Assembly (NCBI GenBank): GCA_963675755.2
Contig: CAXXMD010000003.1
Coordinates: 2,720,001 to 2,784,000 of the forward strand
DNA length: 64,000 bases
Source: a bacterium
GTDB lineage: Bacteria; Zhuqueibacterota; Zhuqueibacteria; Residuimicrobiales; Krinioviventaceae
Direction of reading: 5' to 3'
Position numbers and translations under genes: made by a program. Positions 11,101 through 23,760 of the stretch are shown piece after piece. A model generated the notes under the pieces. The model made no database searches. It saw nothing but the letters and a program-made list of their open reading frames with translations, and was not told the DNA's origin. Every line of letters begins with the position of its first letter. Position 1 is the stretch's first letter.

Positions 11101-11412
11101 ATGAGCAGGTTTGTTGAAGCGTGTGAGCTTCAAACTCTGTTTTCCGGAAAGTTGAGACGCGTCAATTTGGATGGTGAGCAGATTCTTCTTGTGCGAGATG
11201 GAGATAATGTATATGCGCTCGAAGACAGATGTACCCACGAAGATTTTCCATTATCCGATGGATGGGTAGATGACGGATGTGTTTATTGTCCTATGCATGG
11301 CGCTAAATTTGATATAAAAACCGGCGAGGCTTTGTCTTTACCGGCTTATGAGGATGTAAAATCGTTTCCTGTAAGAATACAGGACGATAAAGTTGAAGTA
11401 GATATTGGGTAA
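11101..11412 (+). CDS. Rieske-type [2Fe-2S] ferredoxin
   Basis: CTHE...CPMHG Rieske ligands. Confidence 0.92.
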   Translation: MSRFVEACELQTLFSGKLRRVNLDGEQILLVRDGDNVYALEDRCTHEDFPLSDGWVDDGCVYCPMHGAKFDIKTGEALSLPAYEDVKSFPVRIQDDKVEVDIG

Positions 11413-11417
11413 CTATA

Positions 11418-12677
11418 ATGGCTATACCTAAAATTTTTGTGTCTGACACAGAAAATATAAATGTTGAGGATGTTCGCAAGCAGTTCCCTGTTTTCTCTCA
11501 AGCTGAAAATCGGGAATTGATTTATTTTGACAGCGCTGCAACGTCCCAAAGACCCCAATTTGTATTAGATGCATGGAACAAATTTAATACAAATTATAAT
11601 GCCAATGCACATAGAGGTGCCTATCGGATGGCTGAACTGGCAACCCTGGAATATGAAAAAGCCCGTTCAAAGGTTGCTGGTTTTATTGGTGCATCATCCG
11701 AAGAAGAAATTGTATTTCTACGTGGAGCAACCGAAGCGTTTAATTTAGTTGCTTATGGATGGGCGTTAAAGCATGTTGGTAAAGGTGATGAGATTATTGT
11801 CAGTGAATTAGAACATCACAGTAACCTGATACCCTGGCAGATGGTCGCTCAAAAGACGGGTGCAGCGTTGAAATTTATTCCATTTGACAATGAAGGCCAG
11901 TTGGTTCTGACCGAATATGAAAAATTACTCTCATCCCAAACGAAATTGGTTGCTATAACACAAATGTCAAATGTTATGGGCTCACCCATTCCGGTTAATA
12001 AATTTATTAAAGCCGCGCATCATGTTGGAGCGGTGGTTGTTATTGATGGAAGTCAAAGCGTTCCGCATTTTAATATTAATGTGTCTGAAATGGATGCAGA
12101 TATTTTTGCATTTTCCGGACATAAAATGCTGGGTCCTATGGGCACGGGTGTTTTGTATGCCAAACAAAAGCTTTTAGAGGATATGGATCCCATGATGTTT
12201 GGCGGTTCAATGATTGAAGATGTTGATTATTTAAAATCCACTTGGAATCAGGTTCCCTGGAAATTTGAGGCAGGTACCCAGAATATACCCGGAGTGATCG
12301 GTTTGGGTGCTGCTATTGATTATTTGAATGCATTGGGTTTGCAGAATATAAAACAGCACGATAAAAGCCTGACTGTATATGCATTAGAGCAAATGCAGTT
12401 AATTAAAGGCCTGGAAATTTATGGCAGTGTTGTTGAACGTGGCCCGGTTATCGCCTTTGGTCTGGATAATGTGCACCCACATGATTTATCTACATTTCTG
12501 GATAACAAGAATATTGCTGTACGTTCAGGTCATCATTGCGCAAAACTGATTATGAAACGCCTGGCAGTAAATGCAACAGCAAGAGCCAGTTTTTATCTCT
12601 ATAACAGTAAAAATGAAATAGACGCTTTTATAAAAGCGTTGGATCAGGCAAAGGAATATTTTTCAAAATGGAACTAG
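11418..12677 (+). CDS. sufS: Cysteine desulfurase SufS
   Basis: YFDSAATS, EHHSN, SGHKMLGP (PLP Lys), RSGHHCA. Confidence 0.96.
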   Translation: MAIPKIFVSDTENINVEDVRKQFPVFSQAENRELIYFDSAATSQRPQFVLDAWNKFNTNYNANAHRGAYRMAELATLEYEKARSKVAGFIGASSEEEIVFLRGATEAFNLVAYGWALKHVGKGDEIIVSELEHHSNLIPWQMVAQKTGAALKFIPFDNEGQLVLTEYEKLLSSQTKLVAITQMSNVMGSPIPVNKFIKAAHHVGAVVVIDGSQSVPHFNINVSEMDADIFAFSGHKMLGPMGTGVLYAKQKLLEDMDPMMFGGSMIEDVDYLKSTWNQVPWKFEAGTQNIPGVIGLGAAIDYLNALGLQNIKQHDKSLTVYALEQMQLIKGLEIYGSVVERGPVIAFGLDNVHPHDLSTFLDNKNIAVRSGHHCAKLIMKRLAVNATARASFYLYNSKNEIDAFIKALDQAKEYFSKWN

Positions 12678-13129
12678 ATGACCTTTATCAGGAAATTATT
12701 TTAGACCATTACAAACAACCCCGAAATCAGGGACAGTTGAGTAATGCTACCGTTCATATTAGCGGTAAAAATCCTTTTTGCGGTGATGAACTGGATCTGT
12801 CATTGATCATAAAAGATGATCTTGTGCAGGATATTGCCTTTAAAGGAAGCGGATGTGCCATTAGCCAGGCATCTATATCCGTTATGACTGAGCAGGTAAA
12901 AGGAAAAACTGTAAATGAAGTTAGAGAGTTGATAGATAAATTTTCAGGAATGGTTAAAGGTGAAAAGAAAATTGATCTTGATACACTTGAAGATTTATCC
13001 GCATTCCAGGGAGTATGTGAATACCCAACCCGGGTAAAGTGCGCCATGCTTGGGTGGAATGCATTAAAAAAAGCGATTGATTCTGAACAAAATAATGAAA
13101 AAACGGAGCAAAATGATGCCAAAAGTTAA
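12668..13129 (+). CDS. sufU: SufU (NifU_N family) sulfur-transfer protein
   Basis: LYQEIILDHY, NPFCGD, GCAISQAS, RVKCA. Confidence 0.94.
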   Translation: MELDDLYQEIILDHYKQPRNQGQLSNATVHISGKNPFCGDELDLSLIIKDDLVQDIAFKGSGCAISQASISVMTEQVKGKTVNEVRELIDKFSGMVKGEKKIDLDTLEDLSAFQGVCEYPTRVKCAMLGWNALKKAIDSEQNNEKTEQNDAKS

Positions 13130-13310
13130 AACTTTTACTTCCGAGATGGCAATATTTAAAAGTATTGGTCAACTGGAAGCACTCGATAAAACTGTAAACG
13201 ATTTCATTAAAGAAAATAATGTACAAAAGGTTTATTCTGTTAGTGATGCTACAACAACAAATGACCAGGGTGCAACTATGGGAATAATCCGCACACTGGC
13301 ATATGATTGA
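13113..13310 (+). CDS. Small hypothetical protein at the end of the suf operon
   Basis: GGAG RBS at ~13105, ATG 13113/13116 overlapping the end of sufU; followed by a hairpin. Confidence 0.7.
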   Translation: MMPKVKTFTSEMAIFKSIGQLEALDKTVNDFIKENNVQKVYSVSDATTTNDQGATMGIIRTLAYD

Positions 13311-13316
13311 TTAAAA

Positions 13317-13340
13317 AGGTCCGTGATACTTTACGGACCT
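13317..13340 (+). terminator. Hairpin after the suf operon
   Basis: AGGTCCGT-GATACTTT-ACGGACCT perfect 8-bp stem. Confidence 0.6.
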
Positions 13341-13402
13341 GAAAAATCATATATTGCATTTCATTATTAAATCTGTATATTATAGTAAAAATAATACAAA
13401 CA

Positions 13403-14059
13403 TTGCAGAGAATGATGAAATATATCTATTTTTTCCTATTTGCTACATTTATTTTAATCCTATCACAATGCAGCGAACAGTACCGACCTGTTGACTATTA
13501 TCCTGTAGATATTGATAATACCTGGCTCTATACGGGAATTCTTTCCAAAGTTCAAGTTACGGAAAAAGAAAAAAAGAAGAACCAGACTGAATTTATAATG
13601 GTTTACTTTGATTCTACGGGTATACCCATCTGGAAAGAAAAACATATTTTACGAAACAATAAACTGTTATGGACCACTTTTTCTCCGCAGACTCCTTATA
13701 TCCCGGAAATTCGGTTTGATCCTCCCATTCCTACCGCGCCTTTTTCTGATAAACTGGGTGATAAAAAAAGAATTGAAAGTACCGAAGTCCGCCTGGATTC
13801 TTCCATAACTACCGTACGTGTGTTTGTAGATTATGAAGTAGAGTCTATTGAGAATGTAGAACTGCCAACGGGATTTTTCCCCGAGTGTGTAAAAATGAAA
13901 ATGACTATATCCTACCCTGATCCTGTAACGGAACCTTATATGGCGGGGACTAGTTATTTTTGGTTTGCAAGGGGAGTTGGGCCCATAAGTTTTATAATGC
14001 CGTCGGGGCAGGGGAGTTTGATAAGTGCCAAAGTTGGAAATAAAAAAGTACCACAATAA
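13403..14059 (+). CDS. Hypothetical lipoprotein
   Basis: Hydrophobic N-terminus ending LSQC; YYP...W.Y and ...WFARGVG pattern seen in small beta-rich exported proteins. Confidence 0.7.
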   Translation: MQRMMKYIYFFLFATFILILSQCSEQYRPVDYYPVDIDNTWLYTGILSKVQVTEKEKKKNQTEFIMVYFDSTGIPIWKEKHILRNNKLLWTTFSPQTPYIPEIRFDPPIPTAPFSDKLGDKKRIESTEVRLDSSITTVRVFVDYEVESIENVELPTGFFPECVKMKMTISYPDPVTEPYMAGTSYFWFARGVGPISFIMPSGQGSLISAKVGNKKVPQ

Positions 14060-14095
14060 AAAAAAGCCCGCTAATTTAGCGGGCTTTTTTTTATT
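14055..14095. terminator. Bidirectional rho-independent terminator
   Basis: AATAAAAAAAAGCCCGCTAA-T-TTAGCGGGCTTTTTTTTATT inverted repeat between convergent genes. Confidence 0.9.
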
Positions 14096-15902
14096 AGAAA
14101 TATAATTCTCGATAATCTTTAATGTTTGCATTTTCTTTTAATTCTGCATACCATTTAGAGTATATTCTCTGTTTGGCTCGAACCATCAACTGAAGTTTTA
14201 AATCTTCTTTTTGTTTTTCAAATTCAGCCGAATCAAAGTCTTTTTTGTCTAAAAGTTGAATGACATAATATCCGCGTGTACCTTTAACAGGTTCGGAATA
14301 ATCACCAACTTTTAAGCTAAATGCTTTACCAGCAAGTTCAGGCTCTTTACCCACTTTGGGGATAACACCAGTCATGCTGAATTCATCGGTTTCCTGAACG
14401 GTCAGGCTGTCTTTAGCCGCAACATCTTCCATAGAGCTGCCCGCTGCAATTTTTTCATAGGCTTGTTGGGCCTGAGCTTTGGCCAGTTCCATTTTCTTTT
14501 CACTTTTCAAAGAAGTTACAATGCGGTCTTGAACATCTTCAAGTGGTTGAACATGTTCTTCAACAACATCTTTTAATACAGCTACCAGGTATCCCTGGTC
14601 AACTGAAATGACACGACTAAGGTCACCTTTTTTGCTGCGATACGCAAAATTGTTAACTCGTGATTCCATGCCAATACCCGGAATAAAACCGCCTTTTTCA
14701 AAAGGCTGGGTAGTTTGTACATTCAAACTGTCACTTTTTGCGCGATCATAAAATTCTTCTGAAGAAATTTCTTCATCTGCAAGGTATTCGGCATTGTCAA
14801 GCAGGTTGTTACGTGTAGTTGGAGAAGTCTCTATTTTTAAAAGAATGTGTTTAGCTTTGACTTTTAATTCACCATCTTCACGTTTTTTATCTTCAACTTT
14901 GATGATGTGGATACCAAACCGTGATTCTACAGGACCAACAATGTCTCCAGGTTTGGCTGCAAAGGCTGCATCGGAAAAAGGTTTGACCATTGCATTTTTG
15001 TTAAAATAACCCAGGTCGCCACCGTTTTCAGCAGAGCCTTCGTCTTGAGAATAGAGGCGAGCAAGCTGTTCAAAATTGCTGCTGCTTTTTGCTTCTTCAA
15101 GAATATCCTGTGCTTGTTTCATGGTAGCTTCAGAATCTGCTTTTGTGGGTTTGGTTTCAAACAATACATAATCTAAAACACGTTTTTCAACTTGTTTATA
15201 ATCATCTTTATGAGCATCGTAATAAGCTTTAATCTCTGATTCTGATGGTTCTTCAGTTGATGCCATCTGATTCGAGTTGAAAAAGATGTATTTGATTTTA
15301 GCATTGGTGTTGTTTTTCATGAATTCAATGCGTGCATCATCATCGGTAATATGAATGCTTGATGTAAGCAGCATATTCAATTTTTGCATGGGGATTGCAG
15401 AACGCAGGTATTGTTCAACACCCATCCAGAACTGAGAAACCTGAGGATCAGGATTGTTAAGCGCAGCCTGATATTGAGCCATGTTGAAATTACCAGAAGA
15501 ATCTACAAAAGCCTGCTGTGAGCGAAGAATTTCAGGAGGATTGTTCCAGATTTCTTCAGTGATTTCAGCATCTGTTGCTGATAAATTAAAAGCGTCAATT
15601 ACATCCGTCATTAATTGCTGTTGAACCAATGTTTCATAAACCTGTGATTCGATCTGGGTAAGTTCAAACGCTCTGGGATCTTGACCTCTGTTTTCGCGAA
15701 ATGATTGCAGCTCAGAGTCATACATCTGTTTGTATTGTTCGTACATGATCTCATCACCGTTAACCTCGGCAATAACACCGGGTTTTTGGCCGGATTTGAA
15801 ACCACCCATACCCCAGTCAATAATGATGGTCAACATGAACGCGAAAACCAAAATTAACAAAATTACTTTAGTGTTTTCACGCATTCGATTCATTAAAGCC
15901 AT
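14094..15902 (-). CDS. SurA/PpiD-like peptidyl-prolyl cis-trans isomerase
   Basis: N-terminal membrane anchor, SurA_N region (VNGDEI), parvulin motifs [34 protein letters not shown]. Confidence 0.9.
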   Translation of the reverse strand: MALMNRMRENTKVILLILVFAFMLTIIIDWGMGGFKSGQKPGVIAEVNGDEIMYEQYKQMYDSELQSFRENRGQDPRAFELTQIESQVYETLVQQQLMTDVIDAFNLSATDAEITEEIWNNPPEILRSQQAFVDSSGNFNMAQYQAALNNPDPQVSQFWMGVEQYLRSAIPMQKLNMLLTSSIHITDDDARIEFMKNNTNAKIKYIFFNSNQMASTEEPSESEIKAYYDAHKDDYKQVEKRVLDYVLFETKPTKADSEATMKQAQDILEEAKSSSNFEQLARLYSQDEGSAENGGDLGYFNKNAMVKPFSDAAFAAKPGDIVGPVESRFGIHIIKVEDKKREDGELKVKAKHILLKIETSPTTRNNLLDNAEYLADEEISSEEFYDRAKSDSLNVQTTQPFEKGGFIPGIGMESRVNNFAYRSKKGDLSRVISVDQGYLVAVLKDVVEEHVQPLEDVQDRIVTSLKSEKKMELAKAQAQQAYEKIAAGSSMEDVAAKDSLTVQETDEFSMTGVIPKVGKEPELAGKAFSLKVGDYSEPVKGTRGYYVIQLLDKKDFDSAEFEKQKEDLKLQLMVRAKQRIYSKWYAELKENANIKDYRELYF

Positions 15903-16143
15903 GGAAACCCTCTTGTATTTATTGTTTTTATATAATTCATATCATAATAGTACATCCGATTAATGTAATAGGAAAAAAGAATAAATGCAAGATTTTTCTG
16001 GTAGATATCAATAGATGTTTGATGGATTTGAGCTACAAAATGGAAAAAATTGCTGTTGCAGTGTATAATGACAAGTGCACTAACCTCTATTATTTTTTAT
16101 TGCTTATTAAGGCAGAATTGGTTAATTTGATATCTTGTAAACT

Positions 16144-16842
16144 TTGGAGCATATGATGTGGTTAGAGTTATTGGCTCTCGGTTTGTGGAGTGGTGTTGTC
16201 TCGATGGATACAACTGCTGTAATGCAGGTTATGATATCAAGGCCACTGGTCAGTTGTTTGATAACGGGTGCTATTCTTGGTGACTATCAACTGGGTTTGA
16301 TAATTGGGATTTATCTGGAACTCTTGTGGATAAACGAACTCCCTATAGGAGCAGCAAAATTTCTGGAAGGAAATGTTGGCGCTACTGCAGCGGCAGCTAT
16401 AGCAGTTTATTCTTTTCAGAACAGTTTACGGATTGTACCGTCAATTGTTTTTTCTTTATTGCTTGCTCTTGCAATTAGTCATTTAGGTGGTTATCTGGTT
16501 AAAAAAATGCGTTATGTCAATGGAGATGCATTTGATAAATTGTTAGTTGATCCCAATATCTCTGCTGCCAAAGTTGAAAAATTGCATTTTAAAGGCATAT
16601 TATATTCGTTTTTAATTGGCATTGTGATTATACCCGTGTTTGCGGTTGTTTTAGGTTGGTTTGCTTTGCCTTTGTTGATTTCTTGGTTACCCGTTTCGGT
16701 CGATCAATTTTTAGAACCTGTCAATGCTGCTTTTTTGGGTGTAGGAAGTGCAATTTTAATGTTCATGTTTACCCGTCATAAGCAATGGTGGATGATTTTC
16801 ATCGGCTTTTGTGCAGGCTTGTTGTATTTACTTATAAAATGA
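16144..16842 (+). CDS. PTS mannose/fructose/sorbose family EIIC component
   Basis: Q.MISRPLV, ELLW...LPIGA; highly hydrophobic; likely start ATG 16153/16156. Confidence 0.85.
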   Translation: MEHMMWLELLALGLWSGVVSMDTTAVMQVMISRPLVSCLITGAILGDYQLGLIIGIYLELLWINELPIGAAKFLEGNVGATAAAAIAVYSFQNSLRIVPSIVFSLLLALAISHLGGYLVKKMRYVNGDAFDKLLVDPNISAAKVEKLHFKGILYSFLIGIVIIPVFAVVLGWFALPLLISWLPVSVDQFLEPVNAAFLGVGSAILMFMFTRHKQWWMIFIGFCAGLLYLLIK

Positions 16843-16852
16843 AACCAGAACA

Positions 16853-17611
16853 ATGAATAGACGTTTAAAAACTGTTGATCTGTTCAAAATGCTCTTTCGG
16901 TGTTTCCTGATTCAGGGATCCTGGAATTTTAAAGTACTTATTGGTACTGGGTTTTGTTTTTGCGCATTGCCTATTACCCGTCGTTTATCGGAAACAACTG
17001 AAGAACAAAAAGAGTTCCTTTACGAACATTTGACCTTTTTTAATGCTCATCCTTATTTTGCCAGTTGGTGCCTTGGTGCTGTTGCAAAGCTGGAAGAGGA
17101 AGCTGCTGCAGATAATTGGGAAAGTAAACAGATCATTTCTCAATTTAAAAAAACGTTAACCGGACCATTGGGCTCTATTGGAGACAGGATCTTTTGGAAT
17201 GGAGTAAAACCATTGGCATCTGGTATTGGATTAATACTGGCTCTGTTAATTGGTTGGTATGCGTTCATAGTTTTTTTGGTTTTATATAATATACCCCATT
17301 TTTATTTTCGTATAAAAGGATTGTTTATTGGGTATAAAAACGGTTTTGATATTGTTACAATAATATCTGAAAAACCATACCGTAGATTTATTGTATTCCT
17401 TTCCATTCTTGGAGCTATTGTTGCTGGTATTTATGCCGTTTTAGCTTGTAAATGGAGTTATGATCAAAACCATTATTTGGCTGTTGCTTTTGCCGTATCT
17501 GTTTTAACCACATTGGTTTTTTTAGATTTAAACAAACCCGTGTGGATGTCACTCGTGTTTTCTGTAATATTTAGTATTGTTGTAAAAATCATCTTTTTTT
17601 TCACAGTTTAA
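16853..17611 (+). CDS. PTS mannose family EIID component
   Basis: QGSWNF, FFNAHPY, GPLGSIGDRIFW. Confidence 0.9.
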   Translation: MNRRLKTVDLFKMLFRCFLIQGSWNFKVLIGTGFCFCALPITRRLSETTEEQKEFLYEHLTFFNAHPYFASWCLGAVAKLEEEAAADNWESKQIISQFKKTLTGPLGSIGDRIFWNGVKPLASGIGLILALLIGWYAFIVFLVLYNIPHFYFRIKGLFIGYKNGFDIVTIISEKPYRRFIVFLSILGAIVAGIYAVLACKWSYDQNHYLAVAFAVSVLTTLVFLDLNKPVWMSLVFSVIFSIVVKIIFFFTV

Positions 17612-17669
17612 TTTAAATTCGTAGGTTAGGAAAGTTAGCCAGGCAAAAAGGTTTGCAAAGAGAGACTTT

Positions 17670-17939
17670 ATGTTAACAAAAGAATTTACAATAAAAAACA
17701 AATATGGCATTCATGCCAGACCTGCAGGTTTGCTGGTCAAAACATCTTCGCAATTCAAATCATCAGTTTATATTTCCAAAGATGGAACCGAAGTCAATGC
17801 AAAAAGTATCATGGGTGTATTGATGCTTGAAGCTGCTTTTGGCAGTGTTGTTCAAGTACGTATTGATGGTGAAGATGAACATAAAGCCATGGATGCTATT
17901 GGTCAGCTTATTGCTGATCGGCAATTTGATGAAGAATAA
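17670..17939 (+). CDS. ptsH: Phosphocarrier protein HPr
   Basis: GIHARPA (His15), NAKSIMGV (Ser46). Confidence 0.96.
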   Translation: MLTKEFTIKNKYGIHARPAGLLVKTSSQFKSSVYISKDGTEVNAKSIMGVLMLEAAFGSVVQVRIDGEDEHKAMDAIGQLIADRQFDEE

Positions 17940-17944
17940 TCAGG

Positions 17945-19732
17945 GTGAGTTTTATGCCTGTTAAAAAAACTACAAAGGAAATTCGTTTAACCGGAGTTGC
18001 TGCTTCGCCCGGTATTGCATTGGGGCCTGTATATTTTATGGGTTCTGATATAGTTTCTGTTGAAGCCAGAAAATTAGAATCGGGAGAAGTAGAATCAGAG
18101 GTTACGAAATTTTGTTCCGCTATTGACAAGTCAAAACAGGATTTACAAGAGCTTGTTCAGCGTACATCACTAACTATTGGTGAAGAAAGCGCAAAAATAT
18201 TTGAAGTTCATCAACTCATGTTGGAAGATGTGATGATTGTTGATGAATCTGTGCGCAAGATTCGCGAAGACAAAGTAAATGCTGATCAGGCATTTCTTGA
18301 AGTCATGGAGCATTTTGAAGTTTCTCTTGAATCTATAGAAGGAGAATATCTCAAAGCGCGTGCTGCAGACATTCGCGATATTAAACGCAGGGTTATCCGG
18401 AACATTCAAGGAGATAAACGACCCTCACTGGCAAGTCTTAAAGAACCCGCAATTATATTTGCCAAAGAATTAACACCTTCAGATGCTGTGAATCTGGAAC
18501 GTGAAAATGTTTTGGGGTTTGCCATGGATTTTGGTGGCAGAACATCTCATACCGCAATTATGGCCAGGGCTATCCGGGTACCCTCTGTTGTTGGTTTGAA
18601 AAAAATTGGACAATTGATTCACAGTGGTGATTTTGTAATTCTTGATGGAAATACTGGATTATTAATTGTAAATCCTACCGAAGAAACTGTGAATGAATAC
18701 CGGAATCGTTTTTCTGATTATAAAATCTTTAAAGAGAAGCTGGAACACCTTAAAGACTTGCCCGCCAGAACACTTGATGGTAAGGATATTGAACTGGCGG
18801 CAAATATAGAGTTCCTTGAAGAAGTTGAAGAAGTTGTAAACGCAGGTGGAGAGGGTGTTGGGCTTTTTAGAACTGAATATTTATATCTTACCAATGAAGA
18901 ACTTCCTTCAGAAGAAGAACAATTTGAGGAATATGTTAGTATAGTTAAAGCGTTGGATAATAAGCCGATTATTATCCGTACTTTTGACTTGGGTGGCGAT
19001 AAAATGCCCAAGTCTATCAACTTACCCCCTGAAACCAATCCATTTTTGGGAGCACGGGGTATCCGTTTGTATCGTGAAAAAGGCGGACAGCAATTATTCA
19101 AAACCCAGTTAAGGGCGATTGTAAGAGCAAGTGCGTATGGCAAGGTCCGGATCATGTTCCCCATGATCTCTTGCATTACCGAAGTCCGTTTTTGCCAAAA
19201 TATGTTGACCGAAGTTAAGCTCGAGTTGAAAAAAGAAGGGCTTCCCTTTTCGGATGATATACCCGTCGGCGCTATGATTGAGGTACCGTCTGCGGCAGTT
19301 ATAGCGGATATTATTGCCAGGGAATGCGATTTCCTCAGTATTGGTACTAACGATCTGGTTCAGTACAGCCTTGCGGTTGACCGCGGTAATGAGCATATTG
19401 CGTATCTTTATCAGCAATATAATCCATCGGTGTTACGTTTGATTAAAAATGTAATTGAAATGGGGCACCAGAAAGGTGTTTGGGTTGGTGTTTGTGGTGA
19501 AATGGCCAGTGACCCCCTGTTAACAATGATATTAATTGGTATGGGACTTGATGAATTCAGTGTGAGTCCGGTATCATTATTGCTGATCAAAGAAATTGTT
19601 CGCCGTGTTGAAGTTGGTGAATGTATTGATCTTGTTGAAGAAATGATTAATTATGATACGGCTGAATCTGTTGAAACCAGCTTGAAAGCGTTTATGAAAC
19701 AAAAATTTTCCGATTTATATCTATTATTTTAA
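17945..19732 (+). CDS. ptsI: PEP-protein phosphotransferase (PTS enzyme I)
   Basis: GGRTSHTAI (phospho-His), GLFRTE, NPFLGARGIR, SIGTNDLVQY, CGEMA. Confidence 0.96.
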   Translation: MSFMPVKKTTKEIRLTGVAASPGIALGPVYFMGSDIVSVEARKLESGEVESEVTKFCSAIDKSKQDLQELVQRTSLTIGEESAKIFEVHQLMLEDVMIVDESVRKIREDKVNADQAFLEVMEHFEVSLESIEGEYLKARAADIRDIKRRVIRNIQGDKRPSLASLKEPAIIFAKELTPSDAVNLERENVLGFAMDFGGRTSHTAIMARAIRVPSVVGLKKIGQLIHSGDFVILDGNTGLLIVNPTEETVNEYRNRFSDYKIFKEKLEHLKDLPARTLDGKDIELAANIEFLEEVEEVVNAGGEGVGLFRTEYLYLTNEELPSEEEQFEEYVSIVKALDNKPIIIRTFDLGGDKMPKSINLPPETNPFLGARGIRLYREKGGQQLFKTQLRAIVRASAYGKVRIMFPMISCITEVRFCQNMLTEVKLELKKEGLPFSDDIPVGAMIEVPSAAVIADIIARECDFLSIGTNDLVQYSLAVDRGNEHIAYLYQQYNPSVLRLIKNVIEMGHQKGVWVGVCGEMASDPLLTMILIGMGLDEFSVSPVSLLLIKEIVRRVEVGECIDLVEEMINYDTAESVETSLKAFMKQKFSDLYLLF

Positions 19733-19805
19733 AATGTTTATCAGCATATTATTGATTTTTATATATTGTAATAAGAAATAGGAAAAGAGAAAGGAGCTGC
19801 CATAA

Positions 19806-20945
19806 ATGTCCGAAATGTTATTTACTTCAGAATCCGTAACTGAGGGACATCCAGACAAAGTTGCAGATCAAATATCCGATGCGGTACTTGACGCTGCTTT
19901 TACTGATGATCCTATGAGCCGGGTTGCCTGTGAAACATTTGTAACTACAGGTTTGGCCCTGGTTGGTGGTGAAATTACCACCGAAACCTATGTTGACATC
20001 CCTCAGGTCGTCAGAAATACCATTAAAGAAATTGGGTATACTGATGCTTCGTATGGGTTCGATTATGAAACCTGTGCTGTGTTAACAACTATTGATCAGC
20101 AATCTGCTGACATTGCTATGGGTGTAGACAGGGATGGAGCAGGTGACCAGGGAATGATGTTTGGTTTTGCCTGTGATGAAACCCCTGAATTGATGCCTTT
20201 GCCAATTATGTTGGCCCAGCAACTGACTCAGCGTTTGGCCCAGGTGAGAAAAGATGGCCTGGTTTCTTATTTGAGACCTGATGGCAAATCTCAGGTATCT
20301 GTGAATTATGTTGATGGCAAACCTGTCTCAATTGATACTGTTGTGATTTCAACCCAGCATAATCCTGATGCAACCAATGAGCAGATAAGAGAAGATATGA
20401 TTGAAAAAGTTATTCTTCCTGTGCTGCCAAAAGAATTGATTGCCAAAGGTGATCCTGTTTATCATATCAATCCTACCGGTCGTTTTGTTGTTGGCGGTCC
20501 ACAAGGTGATGCAGGATTAACCGGTCGTAAAATTATTGTAGACACCTATGGTGGGTATTCCCGTCATGGCGGTGGTGCTTTCTCGGGCAAAGATCCAACG
20601 AAAGTTGACCGTTCAGCCGCTTATGCATCACGTTATATTGCCAAAAATATTGTTGCAGCCGGTATTGCAACAAAATGCGAAATTCAACTGGCATATGCAA
20701 TTGGTGTTGCAGAACCTGTTTCCATTCATGTGGATACATTTGGTACCGGAAAACTGGCAGATGATGCTATTGTTAAACTGGTACGTGAAAATTTTGATCT
20801 TACCCCCAAAGGTATTATCACCATGCTTGATCTGCGTCGTCCTATTTACAAAGCTACTGCAGCTTATGGTCATTTTGGCCGTACCGGCGATGGTTTTACA
20901 TGGGAAAAAACAGATAAAGCAGATGTATTGAAAAAAAGTTTGTAA
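19806..20945 (+). CDS. metK: S-adenosylmethionine synthetase
   Basis: [35 protein letters not shown]. Confidence 0.98.
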   Translation: MSEMLFTSESVTEGHPDKVADQISDAVLDAAFTDDPMSRVACETFVTTGLALVGGEITTETYVDIPQVVRNTIKEIGYTDASYGFDYETCAVLTTIDQQSADIAMGVDRDGAGDQGMMFGFACDETPELMPLPIMLAQQLTQRLAQVRKDGLVSYLRPDGKSQVSVNYVDGKPVSIDTVVISTQHNPDATNEQIREDMIEKVILPVLPKELIAKGDPVYHINPTGRFVVGGPQGDAGLTGRKIIVDTYGGYSRHGGGAFSGKDPTKVDRSAAYASRYIAKNIVAAGIATKCEIQLAYAIGVAEPVSIHVDTFGTGKLADDAIVKLVRENFDLTPKGIITMLDLRRPIYKATAAYGHFGRTGDGFTWEKTDKADVLKKSL

Positions 20946-22741
<1,796 letters not shown>

Positions 22742-23104
22742 GGTGTAAAACTCTAAACTTTGTAACGTATAGGGGCCAATAGATCACCCTACGGGTAAAC
22801 CCTTGCCCCGGCTCTTGTTTCTTTGATTTATTATTTCCCATAATCGAACTCCCCGCTGCAATTACGACATGCAAATTATAAAAATATTAAATACTTGATA
22901 AAACAGTTGATGCTTTGGATAATTTATTGTATATTATAATGCAAATTTAGTATGCTGTTTTTTGCAATTTTGATTTAGTGTAATGAGTTTCATGTTACTT
23001 TCTAATCCAAAATAATCGTTAAGAATGGTAACACTATTCGGAACGATTTTTTTTTGCCAAGAATAGATATACAAAACATTTATTTATTATAAAGGACACG
23101 TTCA

Positions 23105-23305
23105 ATGGAAAATGGAACTGTCAAATGGTTCAATGGCTCAAAAGGCTATGGTTTTATCACTTCAGAAAGTGGTAGTGATGTATTTGTACATTTTAACGCA
23201 ATCGTAGGTGACGGCTACAAGTCACTTGATGAAGGAGACCGGGTTCAGTTTGAAGTAGAGCAGGGACCCAAAGGACCACAAGCAATTAAAGTTTCAAAGA
23301 TATAA
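23105..23305 (+). CDS. cspA: Cold-shock protein (CspA family)
   Basis: GTVKWFN, KGYGFI (RNP1), DVFVHF (RNP2); AAGGA RBS; TATAAT at 22935-22940 suggests a long 5' UTR. Confidence 0.95.
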   Translation: MENGTVKWFNGSKGYGFITSESGSDVFVHFNAIVGDGYKSLDEGDRVQFEVEQGPKGPQAIKVSKI

Positions 23306-23326
23306 TTTAAAATTTTTTCTTTGTAC

Positions 23327-23356
23327 AACCCCAGTCTTTAATAGCTGGGGTTTTTT
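23327..23356 (+). terminator. Rho-independent terminator of the csp gene
   Basis: AACCCCAG-N10-CTGGGGTT plus T-run. Confidence 0.8.
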
Positions 23357-23392
23357 GTTTTAGGTGGATTTCCTTTAAATACTGGGAAAAGG

Positions 23393-23742
23393 GTGTGGTC
23401 AATATCCACCCTAAAAGATTATTTTATTCAGAATCCAATTAGTGGGCAGGTGGCCAATCCCTGGAGCTTGCACTGGATAATAATCGTCAGGTTATTTATA
23501 CCGCCGGTGCGAGAAAATTCCCTCCGGAAGCTGCAAACACGGCAATGGCCCGGCAATCCGCTGAACGCGCGGCGTTTATTGACGCGTGCCGCTGGGGAGC
23601 CTATGCGCTAAAATGGAAGGATAATCCTGCATCTCCCGATTATGGTGACATACAAGGCAATCTGCCCAACGCAAAGCTGCTGTACAAAATCGGCTCCGGC
23701 AACGGAGTACAGACGGTTGTTGAGATTGGGTTGATGTATTAG
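23393..23742 (+). pseudogene. 5'-truncated, probably frameshifted second copy of the 22217-22741 lipoprotein gene (direct repeat copy 2)
   Basis: Frame of ORF 23545 reads upstream ALDNNRQVIYTAGARKFPPEAANTA vs AFDKNRQVLYTAGAGKFPPEAANSA; in-frame TAG at 23440-23442; no signal peptide. Confidence 0.8.
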
Positions 23743-23760
23743 GGGAGAAGGGAAAAGAGT

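Noticed and set aside
19733-19805. Possible SAM riboswitch upstream of metK
   Set aside because: Only 73 bp, AT-rich, with no recognisable SAM-I/II core or stems.
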